From an uncultured Planctomycetaceae bacterium (lineage in GTDB: Bacteria > Planctomycetota > Planctomycetia > Planctomycetales > Planctomycetaceae), in contig CAWFGE010000015.1 in assembly GCA_963815195.1 (NCBI GenBank), forward strand, positions 32,001 through 96,000: 64,000 nucleotides of DNA, read 5' to 3'. The position numbers were made by a program, and so were the translations under genes. Below, piece by piece: positions 52,495-61,893 of this stretch. Under the pieces are notes generated by a model, which did no database searches, had not been told where the DNA came from, and was given only the letters and a program-made list of their open reading frames with translations. Numbering within the stretch: position 1 is the first letter of the stretch; each line of letters opens with the position of its first letter.

Positions 52495-53776
52495 ATTTCT
52501 CGCCGAGGTGAAACAACCGCATCAGGGCGTTGAGCAACCCGTCGGGCGGGCCGGTGCGGGCTTCGTCGCGGAGGACTTCCAAAGGCGGATGCAACAGCTT
52601 GTTGATGATCCGCTCCACGCTGCGTTCCACGGCACTCTTGTCGGATTCGCTCAAGTGCGGCAGCTTGGCGAACAGGGCTTCGACCTCTTGCTGCCGAATC
52701 GCGTGCCATTCCTCGCGAAGCCGTTTGATGATCGGCCCCGTGGCGCGATGATACACATCGTGCATGAACTTCTGGGTTTCCTCGTCGATGATCCGCTTGG
52801 CCTTTTCGACTTCCTTGGCCCGCGTTTTGCGGTTGGATTCGCAGGTGGCCTCCAGGTCGTCGATGTCGTAGAGGAACACATTGTCGAAGACCTTGCCGAT
52901 CTCCGGATCGAAATCCCGCGGGGCGCCGAGATCGAGAATGAACACCGGCTTTCCCCCACTGTCCTTTCGTGCCTCGCCGAAGCTGCGGGGATCGAGAATC
53001 GGGCGGTCCGCACCGGTGGTGCTCACGATCACATCGGCCCGCCCGATCCAAAAGCCGAGTTCTTCAAACGATTGGGCCACGCCGCCCCATTCGTCCGCCA
53101 GCGTCTCGGCCCGCTCGAAGCTGCGGTTGACGACGATGAGGCTCCGGACGCCCTCATCCTTCAAATAGCGGAGCGTCTCTTCGGCCATTTCGCCGGCCCC
53201 GATAATCAGCACGAGCTTATCGTCGAACCGGTCGAAAATGCTCTTCCCGAAATCGCCCACGGCGACGCTGGCGATCGACACCCGCCCGCGTTCGAGGCCC
53301 GTCTCCGTCCGCACCCGCTTGGAAACGCGGATCGCCCCCTCGAACAACGCGCACGTCAGCGGCCCGCAGGCGTCGTTGTTTTGCGCGACGCGGTAGGCGT
53401 CTTTGATCTGATTCACGATCTGCGGCTCGCCCAAGACCATGCTGTCCAGGCTGCTCGCGACCTCGAACAAATGCCGGACCGCCTCGGGACCGGATGACCT
53501 CAACAGATCGTTGACGAACCCGTTCAACGGAACCTGATGAAATTCCGCGAAGAAATTCGCGATCTGTTCCCGCGTCGGGGAGCCGGCGGCATCTTCCTGG
53601 GCCGTGTAAACCTCCACGCGGTTGCACGTGGAGACCACCACGGCTTCGGATTGCGGAAACCGCGCGCGGAGGGCCTCGTAAGCCCGGGTGAGCTGCGTTT
53701 CCGTGGCGAACGCCAACCGCTCCCGGACGCTCAAGTCCGCCGTCTGGTGATTGCAATACACGACTTGGAGGTTCAT
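52493..53776 (-). CDS. hemA: Glutamyl-tRNA reductase
   Basis: STCNRVEVY, HLFEVASSLDSMVLGEPQI, GAGEMAE, DLGAPRD. Confidence 0.96.
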   Translation of the reverse strand: MNLQVVYCNHQTADLSVRERLAFATETQLTRAYEALRARFPQSEAVVVSTCNRVEVYTAQEDAAGSPTREQIANFFAEFHQVPLNGFVNDLLRSSGPEAVRHLFEVASSLDSMVLGEPQIVNQIKDAYRVAQNNDACGPLTCALFEGAIRVSKRVRTETGLERGRVSIASVAVGDFGKSIFDRFDDKLVLIIGAGEMAEETLRYLKDEGVRSLIVVNRSFERAETLADEWGGVAQSFEELGFWIGRADVIVSTTGADRPILDPRSFGEARKDSGGKPVFILDLGAPRDFDPEIGKVFDNVFLYDIDDLEATCESNRKTRAKEVEKAKRIIDEETQKFMHDVYHRATGPIIKRLREEWHAIRQQEVEALFAKLPHLSESDKSAVERSVERIINKLLHPPLEVLRDEARTGPPDGLLNALMRLFHLGEK

Positions 53777-53790
53777 CGCCGGCGGCTCCC

Positions 53791-54687
53791 TTACACCACC
53801 ACGCGAAACAGCGCATCGGCCGCGGGGACCAGTTGCGTGTGCCAGGTGGAAAGCGATCGGCCGGAGAGCACCTGCAGGCCGATCAGCGTCACCAGCAAGA
53901 ACCCGCAGGCCCAGACGGTCAGCCAGGCGACCTGCTTGCCGGTGGGCCGTTTGGTGGTGAGCAGCCAGCCGAAAAACACGAGCATCACCAGCCAGGCGAT
54001 GCTGTTGCCGATGATGACGGGATCGGTGAACGAGATGGGCGATTCGCCTCCCCGGGAATACCAGCCGAGCCCCACGCCGGTGGCGAGGCCCAAGGTGAGC
54101 AAAGGCACGGTGAGGACCACCGCCCACCAATTCAGCCGGGCCAACAGTTCCAGGTTGGGGAGCGTGAGGCCGTTCTTCATCGTGTGTTTGTGCTTGAGCC
54201 GGTGATGTTGAAAGAGATACATCATACTCAACACAATGCCCAGAATCACGCCCGCAATCCCAAACAGCAATAAGCTCGCATGCAGCATTTTCCAGCCGCG
54301 CTCGGCTTCCATCATCCGGTTGGGCGTTTCGCTGATGAAATACGTCGAGCCGATGAGCACCAAAACCAATGGCAGCAAAAACAGCCCCACCAACAAGTTG
54401 CGGTCCACCGCCGTGAGTACGATATAAAACAGGATCGCGATCCAGGCCAGCACGAGCATCCAGTCGTGCGAAGAACTTAACAGCGGCGGCAATTGAGATT
54501 CTTGGCTGCGGCCGATCAGGTAAATCGTATGGGCCGTCAGCCCGGCGAGCGCAAACCCCAGCATGAACAGGCGGTTAATGGCCGTTTGCTTCAAAAGCCT
54601 GACGCCTTCCAGAGCCAGCGTGACGATGTAGCTGGCCAGAAAGCAAAACACGCTGACGTTGGCCCAAGGTATTGCCAGATTCCCCAT
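53791..54687 (-). CDS. Cytochrome c assembly protein (CcsA/HemX-like)
   Basis: Polytopic; MLHASL, MYLFQ..RLK, LPNLE.L, LLTLGLATG; directly upstream of hemA. Confidence 0.8.
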   Translation of the reverse strand: MGNLAIPWANVSVFCFLASYIVTLALEGVRLLKQTAINRLFMLGFALAGLTAHTIYLIGRSQESQLPPLLSSSHDWMLVLAWIAILFYIVLTAVDRNLLVGLFLLPLVLVLIGSTYFISETPNRMMEAERGWKMLHASLLLFGIAGVILGIVLSMMYLFQHHRLKHKHTMKNGLTLPNLELLARLNWWAVVLTVPLLTLGLATGVGLGWYSRGGESPISFTDPVIIGNSIAWLVMLVFFGWLLTTKRPTGKQVAWLTVWACGFLLVTLIGLQVLSGRSLSTWHTQLVPAADALFRVVV

Positions 54688-54891
54688 AATTCGCATCCGG
54701 TGACGTGATGGAAACAGACTCCCCAGGTTCCATTATGGAGAACTCCGCAATCCCCGTAAAGTTGCGAAATTTGGGATCGCCGGCGGCGGATCGCTTGCCC
54801 CCAATCGAAAATGGTGGATGGCCGGATTGTGCCCCGGCGGCAATTGGCGATCATCAAACCGTGCGTGTTTGATGAAAGCACATCCGAACTT

Positions 54892-54971
54892 GGGTGGCAC
54901 GCCCTGAGGAACGAAGGGCGTGGTCGTTGCGCCTTGCCACGCCCTTCGCTCGGCTCAGCGACGTGCCACCC
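54892..54971. repeat. REP-like palindrome family B, copy 2 (inverted)
   Basis: GGGTGGCACGCCCTGAGGAACGAAGGGCGTGG...CCACGCCCTTCGCTCGGCTCAGCGACGTGCCACCC. Confidence 0.85.
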
Positions 54972-55049
54972 TCTCCACTGGAAAATTGGGCGAAAGACGA
55001 TCCACCTATTTTTGTGAAACACACCCTATCAAACCCACGCTCTGTCCGA

Positions 55050-55088
55050 TTGCACGGCGGAAGGGTTTTACTTAAATTAGCATGCTAA
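55050..55088 (+). promoter_or_regulatory. Putative sigma70 promoter with overlapping palindromic operator
   Basis: TTGCAC-17 nt-TAAATT; palindrome TTAGCATGCTAA at 55077-55088. Confidence 0.5.
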
Positions 55089-55130
55089 CGAATGTGTTGA
55101 CTGTTTCCGCAGCGGGATAAAGCGACCCCG

Positions 55131-56384
55131 ATGTTTCGAGTTTCCAGTTATTATGCCGCGGTCCTTGCGGCGGCGATGCCCGCGGCGTGGTTCGGCGGAT
55201 GTCAGCAGAAGAACCAGTTCCAAGCGCCGCCTCCGCCCAAAGTGACCGTCGCGCAACCGGTTCGCCGGCCCGTTGTGGATACGGTGCAGTTCACCGGCAC
55301 GACGCGGGCGTCGGCCACGGTGAATCTCAGGTCGCGAGTTACGGGGTACCTCAAAAAGGTCGATTTCGAGGATGGGGCCAATGTGGAAAAAGACGACCTC
55401 TTGTTCTTGATCGACCAGGACACATTCGAAGCGGAGCTTCATTCGGCCAAGGCCAACCTGCAAAAGGCTCAGGCGGAGCTGCAGTTGTCTCAGGGGAATC
55501 TCGCCCGGATTCAAAAGCTCCACGACCGCGGGGCGGCGACGCAGAACGAATTGGAAGTGCAGCAAGCCCAAGCCGCCAGCGACGCCGCGACCGTGGAAGC
55601 GGCGCAGGCGGCCGTCCGCGAAGCCGAGTTGCAACTGAACTACACAGAAATCCGGGCCCCGATCAGCGGCCGCATTGGCCGGCATCTGGTCGACGAGGGC
55701 AATCTTGTCGAAGCCGAGCAGACCCTGCTCGCGACGATCGAAAGCATCGAACCCATTTATGCCTATTTTACGGTCAGCGAGCGGGAGCTGCTCCGATTCC
55801 GCGAGATGTTCCGCAAAAACGAACTGGTCAAACCGAAGGAACCGCCCACGCTGTATCTCGGCCTCGCCAACGAACCGGGTTACCCCCACGTCGGGAAGCT
55901 CGACTTTCGCGAATTGGGCGTCGATCCGGCGACGGGCACGATTCTCCGCCGAGGCGTCTTTGAGAACCCCGACCATGCCTTGATCCCCGGTCTGTTTGTT
56001 CGCATCCAGGCGACCCTGGGGAGTGCGAAACCGCGCGTCCTCGTCGAGGAAAGAGCCATCGGCACCGACCAACGGGGAAACTTTCTGCTGGTCGTGAATT
56101 CCGACAACATGGTGGAATACCGCTCCGTCCAACTCGGCGTCAGCGTGGACGGGATGCGCGTGGTCCAAAAGGGCGTCGGGCCAGAGGATTGGGTCGTCAT
56201 CAACGGCCTGCAACGTGCCCGGCCCGGGGCCGTTGTCAATCCCGTGCGGTCGAAGATGACGGTTCCCGCAGGCGCTGTCCGCCCGGAGAATTATTCCACT
56301 CCCGACGATCTTGTGCCCGGCAGGCGGAATGACGCTTTATGTTCGCGCGATTCTTCATCGAACGCCCGATCTTCGCCAATGTGA
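55131..56384 (+). CDS. RND efflux periplasmic adaptor (MFP), lipoprotein
   Basis: Lipobox FGGC; LRSRVTGYL, LNYTEIRAPISGRIG, LIPGLFVR. The 3' end overlaps the next gene and may be uncertain. Confidence 0.9.
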   Translation: MFRVSSYYAAVLAAAMPAAWFGGCQQKNQFQAPPPPKVTVAQPVRRPVVDTVQFTGTTRASATVNLRSRVTGYLKKVDFEDGANVEKDDLLFLIDQDTFEAELHSAKANLQKAQAELQLSQGNLARIQKLHDRGAATQNELEVQQAQAASDAATVEAAQAAVREAELQLNYTEIRAPISGRIGRHLVDEGNLVEAEQTLLATIESIEPIYAYFTVSERELLRFREMFRKNELVKPKEPPTLYLGLANEPGYPHVGKLDFRELGVDPATGTILRRGVFENPDHALIPGLFVRIQATLGSAKPRVLVEERAIGTDQRGNFLLVVNSDNMVEYRSVQLGVSVDGMRVVQKGVGPEDWVVINGLQRARPGAVVNPVRSKMTVPAGAVRPENYSTPDDLVPGRRNDALCSRDSSSNARSSPM

Positions 56385-59300
56385 TCGCGGTGATTATTGT
56401 TCTGGTCGGATTGATCTCCCTTTGGCAACTGCCCGTCGAGCAGTACCCGGAGATCACGCCGCCGACGATCCGCGTGACCGCCGCGTATCCGGGAGCTAAC
56501 GCCGAGGTCGTCGCCAGCACCGTGGCGGCCCCGATCGAGCAGCAGGTCAACGGCGTGGAGAACATGCTGTATATGTCGTCCACCTCGTCGAGCGACGGAT
56601 CGTATTCGCTGACGGTGACGTTCGAGATTGGAACCGATCTCGACGCCGCCCAGGTGCTGGTGGAAAACCGTGTGGCCGTCGCCGAGCCGATGCTTCCCGA
56701 AGAAGTCCGCCGTCAGGGCGTGACCACGAAGAAGCAATCGACGAACATCATTCTCGTCATCTCGCTGACGTCGCCGGAGAATCGCTATGGCAGTCTGTTT
56801 CTCTCGAACTACGCGACGCTGCACATGCGGGACGAGTTGAGCCGGCTGGAAGGCGTGGGCGAGGTGGTCGTGTTCGGCGCCTCGAATTACAGCATGCGGA
56901 TCTGGCTGAACGCGGAGAAGCTCAAAGCCCGCTCCCTGACGACCGAGGATGTGGCCGACGCCATCCGCGAGCAGAACGTGCAGGTCGCGGCGGGACAGAT
57001 CGGCCAGCCGCCCACGCCGCCCGGCAAAGAACTCGCCTTTCAATACACGGTGACCACGCTCGGCCGGCTCAGCACGGTGGAGCAGTTCGAAGACATCATT
57101 GTGAAAGGCGGCGAAGGAACCCGCGTGACCCGGCTCAAGGACGTGGCCCGCGTCGAATTGGGGGCCCAGAGCTACGACCAGTACAATCTCAAGCAAGGCC
57201 AGCCGACGGCGAACATCGGCATCTACCAACTTCCCGGCAGCAACGCCCTCGACGTGGCCGAGCGCGTCCGCAGCACGACCGAACGTTTGAGCCAATCCTT
57301 TCCCGAAGGCATCCGCTATGATTTTCCGCTGGACACAACGCAGTTCGTGAACGCTTCGGTTCACGCGGTTTATCGAACGCTGATCGAAGCCGGCGTGTTG
57401 GTCTTGATTGTGATTCTGGTGTTTCTCGAGGATTGGCGGGCGATGCTGGTTCCCGCGACGACCGTGCCGGTGACCATTATCGGGGCCTTTTTCGCAATGG
57501 CGCTCTTGGGCTATACCGTCAACATGCTCACGTTGTTCGGGCTGGTGCTGGCGATCGGAATTGTCGTGGACGATGCGATTGTCGTTGTCGAGAACGCCGC
57601 CCATCACATTGAAGAAGGCATGGCCCCCAAGCCTGCGACCATCAAAGCCATGAGCGAGGTTTTGGGCCCGATCATCGGCATCACGCTCGTGTTGATGTCG
57701 GTCTTCCTGCCCACGGTGTTTTTGGGAGGCATTACCGGCCGGCTCTATCAACAGTTCGCGTTGACGATCGCAGCGACCGCGCTCATCAGCGCGATCAACG
57801 CCATGACCCTCAAACCCGCCCAGTGCGCCTTATGGCTTCGTCCGCCCAAAGAGCGAAAGAACTTTTTTTCGCGGGGCTTCAATGCGGTTTATGGATGGAT
57901 TGAGCGGGTTTATGCGGCGATTGTCGGGTTTCTCGTCGGGCACGCGGCGATTGTGATGCTGGTCTTCGTTTCGCTCATCGCGCTGACCGCGTGGTGGTAC
58001 GTCCGCGTGCCCACGGGCTTCTTCCCCACGGAGGACCAGGGCTACATTCTCGTCAGCGTGCAGCTCCCGGACGCCGCGTCCCAGCAGCGCAGCCGCCAAG
58101 TCATGGCCCGGCTCGACAAGATCCTCGAGAAGACGCCCGGCGTGGCGGATTGGATCACCATCGGCGGGCTCTCGCTGTTGGACAACAGCTCGGCCCCCAA
58201 CGCGGGCACGTTGTTCGTGACCTTCGAGCCCTGGGACGAACGGCTTCCAAAGGGGCTGACGTTGGAAGCCATTCTGAAGGATTTGCGAGGCCGCTTCTCC
58301 GAGGTGGAAGACGCGGTCGTGTTTCCGTTTGCGCCCCGGCCATTCGGGGGCTGGGCGTGCGCGGCGGATTTGAGATGCAGATCCAGGACCGGGGCGACTT
58401 GGGACGCCAGGCCCTGTATCAGGTCGTCATCGAAACCGTCCACGATGCGGAGAGTCAAACCGGCCTGACCGCGATGAACACCACCTTCCGCTCCGGCGTG
58501 CCGCAGATTTATGTCGATGTGGACCGGGTGAAAGTCAAATCGCTGAACGTGCCGCTCGCCAGCGTGTTTAACACGCTGCAAACCTATCTCGGTTCGACCT
58601 ATGTGAACGACTTCAACAAATTCGGCCGTGTTTACCAGGTCCGGGTTCAGGCGGAGGCAAAATTCCGGGCCGATCCCGAGGACATCCGCCGCCTGGACGT
58701 TCGCAATCGAGACGGGGACATGGTCCCGTTGGGGACCGTCGTCGATGTGCGCGAGGCCTTCGGCCCGCAGACGATCGGCCGCTATAACCTTTACCCGTCC
58801 GCCTCGGTCACGGGCGAGCCGGCTCCGGGCTACAGCACCGGCGAGGCGCTCGAGCTGATGGAGCAGATCGCCGCCGACAATTTGCCGCCACAGATGGGTT
58901 ACGAGTGGACGGGCATGGCCTATCAGGAGAAGCAGGTGGGCGGAGAAGCGTTCCTCGTGTTCGGCATGGCGGTGCTCTTGGTGTATCTCGTGCTCGCGGC
59001 CCAGTACGAAAGCTGGTTCATTCCGGCGGCGGTGATTCTGGTTGTGCCGTTGGGTCTGTTGGGGTCGGTGGCCGCGGTTTCCTTGCGCGGCATGGACAAC
59101 AACCTCTACACGCAAATCGGAATCGTGCTCATCATTGCGCTCGCGAGCAAGAATGCGATTTTGATCGTCGAGTTCGCCCGCGACATTCACGCGGCGGGCG
59201 AAACGATCCACGCGTCGGCGGTCGAAGCAGCCCGGCGGCGGTTCCGGCCGATTTTGATGACCTCGTTCGCCTTCATCCTGGGCGTGGTGCCTCTGGTAAT

Positions 59301-59493
59301 CGCCGAAGGAGCCGGGGCCGCGGGACAGCGGGCCTTGGGGACGGCGGTCTTCGGCGGAATGATCGCCTCGACGGTGCTGGCGGTGTTCTTCGTGCCGGTG
59401 TTTTTTGTGGTGTTTCAGAGCCTGGCCGAGCTATGGACCCGCCGCGGCCGGAAATCCCTTTATGACACGGAAGACAGCCAGCCCGCAACCTGA
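56339..59493 (+). CDS. RND efflux permease, HAE1/AcrB family (frameshift ~58335)
   Basis: FFIERPIFA, AIGIVVDDAIVVVEN, SKNAILIVEFA, RFRPILMTSFAFILG. One extra C gives FAPPAIRGLG. Confidence 0.93.
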
Positions 59494-59672
59494 ATCGTGG
59501 CCTGTCCAAGCATCCGCCCACTGACAAAATGGAGACGACGCCGGCGTCTCTTTCCCGAGGGCGGACTTTACCGCTGGGTCAATTTCCGGTATCTTCCCGC
59601 CCCTTCCTCAAATTGACAATCCCATAAATCCCAGCGAACGCAGACAGCCGCAACGTAGGCCGCAGCAGGAGG

Positions 59673-60671
59673 TTGCGCATGATTCCCCGGACGGGTTCGG
59701 TGCGAAGAGGCCGTTTCGCGCGGATGATTGCGCTCGTCGTTTTGCCGGCGTTGGGCTGTGCGGCGGCGCCTTATCACTACGGGCGATTTCATCCGCAGGA
59801 GCCCACGGGCCGGTCGGTCGAGCCGGTCGAAATTGTTTATGGAAAACCGCACAAAACGCTGGACCGGATGGCCTGGGTGATTGGGCTCCCCAACCGCATT
59901 CTGACCCTCAACAAGAACACGGACAATCACAAGATCGCCCCGGAAACCGTTGAGCAACTCAAGGTCTATCTCGCGGAAAACGACATCACCGACGTGTATG
60001 TCGCAGTGAACGATTATGACCCTAAAGGGCAGTGGAAGCGGCTCATCGCCAACGAGCGGATCGCCCCGTTTTGGCGATACTCGGCCGGTGTTTTCACCTG
60101 GCTCGGATACACCTGCTTTCCGAACCGCGTGTTCGGCGGCGACCGTTATGACCCCTATGCGAACACGTTGAATCTCAGTTCGGATGTGCCGGCGGTTGTT
60201 TTGTCCGAAGCGGCGTACGCCAAGGACATTCATTCCCAGCGCTATCCCGGCGCTTATGCCGCGATCGTCAACGACCTGCCCGTCCTGTCTGTCTGGCGGA
60301 AAACCCGGGCGGCAAACGACGTTTTGGGATATGCCTCGGTCAACGACGACTGGCACACGGAAGAGGAGGCTTACCAAGTCCTCTACCCCCAAATTGGAGC
60401 GGCCGCGTTCGGCACGGCGGCTCCGTTTGTCCCAACCTTCGGCCCGCTGTTGACTTGGGGCGGTGCCGCGGCCGGCCATGTCACCGGCCGCACGGTGGCC
60501 TACATCCAACGCCCGAAAGCCCCAACGCCGGCAGAGCCGGAAGACTCGGAAGGCCCCATTCAGGCGAACTATTCCGAAAGCCAAGACGAAAACCCCGATA
60601 CAACCCATGTTCTCGACAAATTGCCTAAAATCCATGCGTTCAGACGGCCGATGTCAGATTCACACCGTTGA
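59673..60671 (+). CDS. Hypothetical lipoprotein
   Basis: Lipobox-like [19 protein letters not shown] motif. Confidence 0.7.
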   Translation: MRMIPRTGSVRRGRFARMIALVVLPALGCAAAPYHYGRFHPQEPTGRSVEPVEIVYGKPHKTLDRMAWVIGLPNRILTLNKNTDNHKIAPETVEQLKVYLAENDITDVYVAVNDYDPKGQWKRLIANERIAPFWRYSAGVFTWLGYTCFPNRVFGGDRYDPYANTLNLSSDVPAVVLSEAAYAKDIHSQRYPGAYAAIVNDLPVLSVWRKTRAANDVLGYASVNDDWHTEEEAYQVLYPQIGAAAFGTAAPFVPTFGPLLTWGGAAAGHVTGRTVAYIQRPKAPTPAEPEDSEGPIQANYSESQDENPDTTHVLDKLPKIHAFRRPMSDSHR

Positions 60672-60735
60672 CCGGCGGCGGGGGAACCGTAGAATTCATA
60701 TTTCGGCGCAGGAAAATTGGGTAAGGAGTGAGGAC

Positions 60736-61671
60736 ATGGCAACCGACATCTCGCGCAAAGAGCGACTCCCCGATCTTACGGATCGGATTGTGGCCAGCTA
60801 TTTGGACATCGGCACAATGAACCACCTCGGCCATTGCCCGCTGCCCAGTCCCGACGCCGTCGTGGAGATTGCCCAGGATCTCAAAGATGTAATCTTCCCC
60901 GGCTACCGCCGGCGGCAGAATCTGCACATGGGCAACGTGATGTACCACGTCGGGGATCTGATCGACGGGCTGCACGACAAACTCACCACGCAGATCGCCC
61001 GGGCGCTCAGCCACGCTTACGATTTGGAGCACGGCCTCCAGTGCGAGAAAAAACGGCACATCGATTTCGAGGCCCTCGGCCAGGAAAAGGCGCTCGCGTT
61101 TCTGGACACGCTGCCCAATTTGCGAAAGAAACTCGCCTCCGATGTCCAGGCCGCCTACGACGGCGATCCCGCCGCCGCGAGTTTGGATGAGATCATTTTC
61201 TGCTATCCGGGCCTGGAAGCGGTGACGATTTACCGCGTCGCCCACGAGCTCAACCGCTTGGGGGTCCCGCTGATTCCCCGCATGCTCAGCGAGTGGTCCC
61301 ACGGGAATACGGGGATCGACATTCATCCCGGGGCCCAGATCGGTCCTTCGTTTTTCATTGACCACGGCACCGGCGTCGTCATCGGGGAAACCTGCGAGAT
61401 CGCAGCCCACGTCAAGATCTATCAAGGCGTGACCTTGGGAGCGCTCAGCTTTGCGAAAGACGAAGAGGGCAACCTGATCCGCGGCCACAAACGCCATCCC
61501 ACGATCGAAGAAAACGTGGTGATCTACTCCAACGCCACGATCCTGGGCGGCGACACGGTGATCGGCCGCAACTCGGTCATCGGCGCCAGCGTGTCCTTGA
61601 GCAAAAGCGTCCCGCCGAACACGGTGGTGACCATCGAAAAACCCACGCTCCGCTTCCGCGAAGCCTCGTAA
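60736..61671 (+). CDS. cysE: Serine O-acetyltransferase
   Basis: [50 protein letters not shown]. Confidence 0.93.
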   Translation: MATDISRKERLPDLTDRIVASYLDIGTMNHLGHCPLPSPDAVVEIAQDLKDVIFPGYRRRQNLHMGNVMYHVGDLIDGLHDKLTTQIARALSHAYDLEHGLQCEKKRHIDFEALGQEKALAFLDTLPNLRKKLASDVQAAYDGDPAAASLDEIIFCYPGLEAVTIYRVAHELNRLGVPLIPRMLSEWSHGNTGIDIHPGAQIGPSFFIDHGTGVVIGETCEIAAHVKIYQGVTLGALSFAKDEEGNLIRGHKRHPTIEENVVIYSNATILGGDTVIGRNSVIGASVSLSKSVPPNTVVTIEKPTLRFREAS

Positions 61672-61893
61672 GCCAGGAGACAATCCCAATATGACCAAAT
61701 TCTTTGGCGAGCGGCCAGCGTAAGCGGGCTGGTTGGCTACGATCGCACGTGACGGTGCCTTCATCATTGGGATTTCAAGAAATGGTAGCTTCACGCGGGA
61801 AATCTCTTACAATCTACACCACCAAAGGATGGAGGCGGTGCGGATCGGAGTTGCGGACGTTTATCCCGTTGCACGAAAGCTGCGCGAAAGACT

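Noticed and set aside
5646..59493. Programmed ribosomal frameshifting as the explanation of split genes
   Set aside because: No shared slippery heptamer, mixed shift directions, and housekeeping genes such as rfbA and rfbC are affected.
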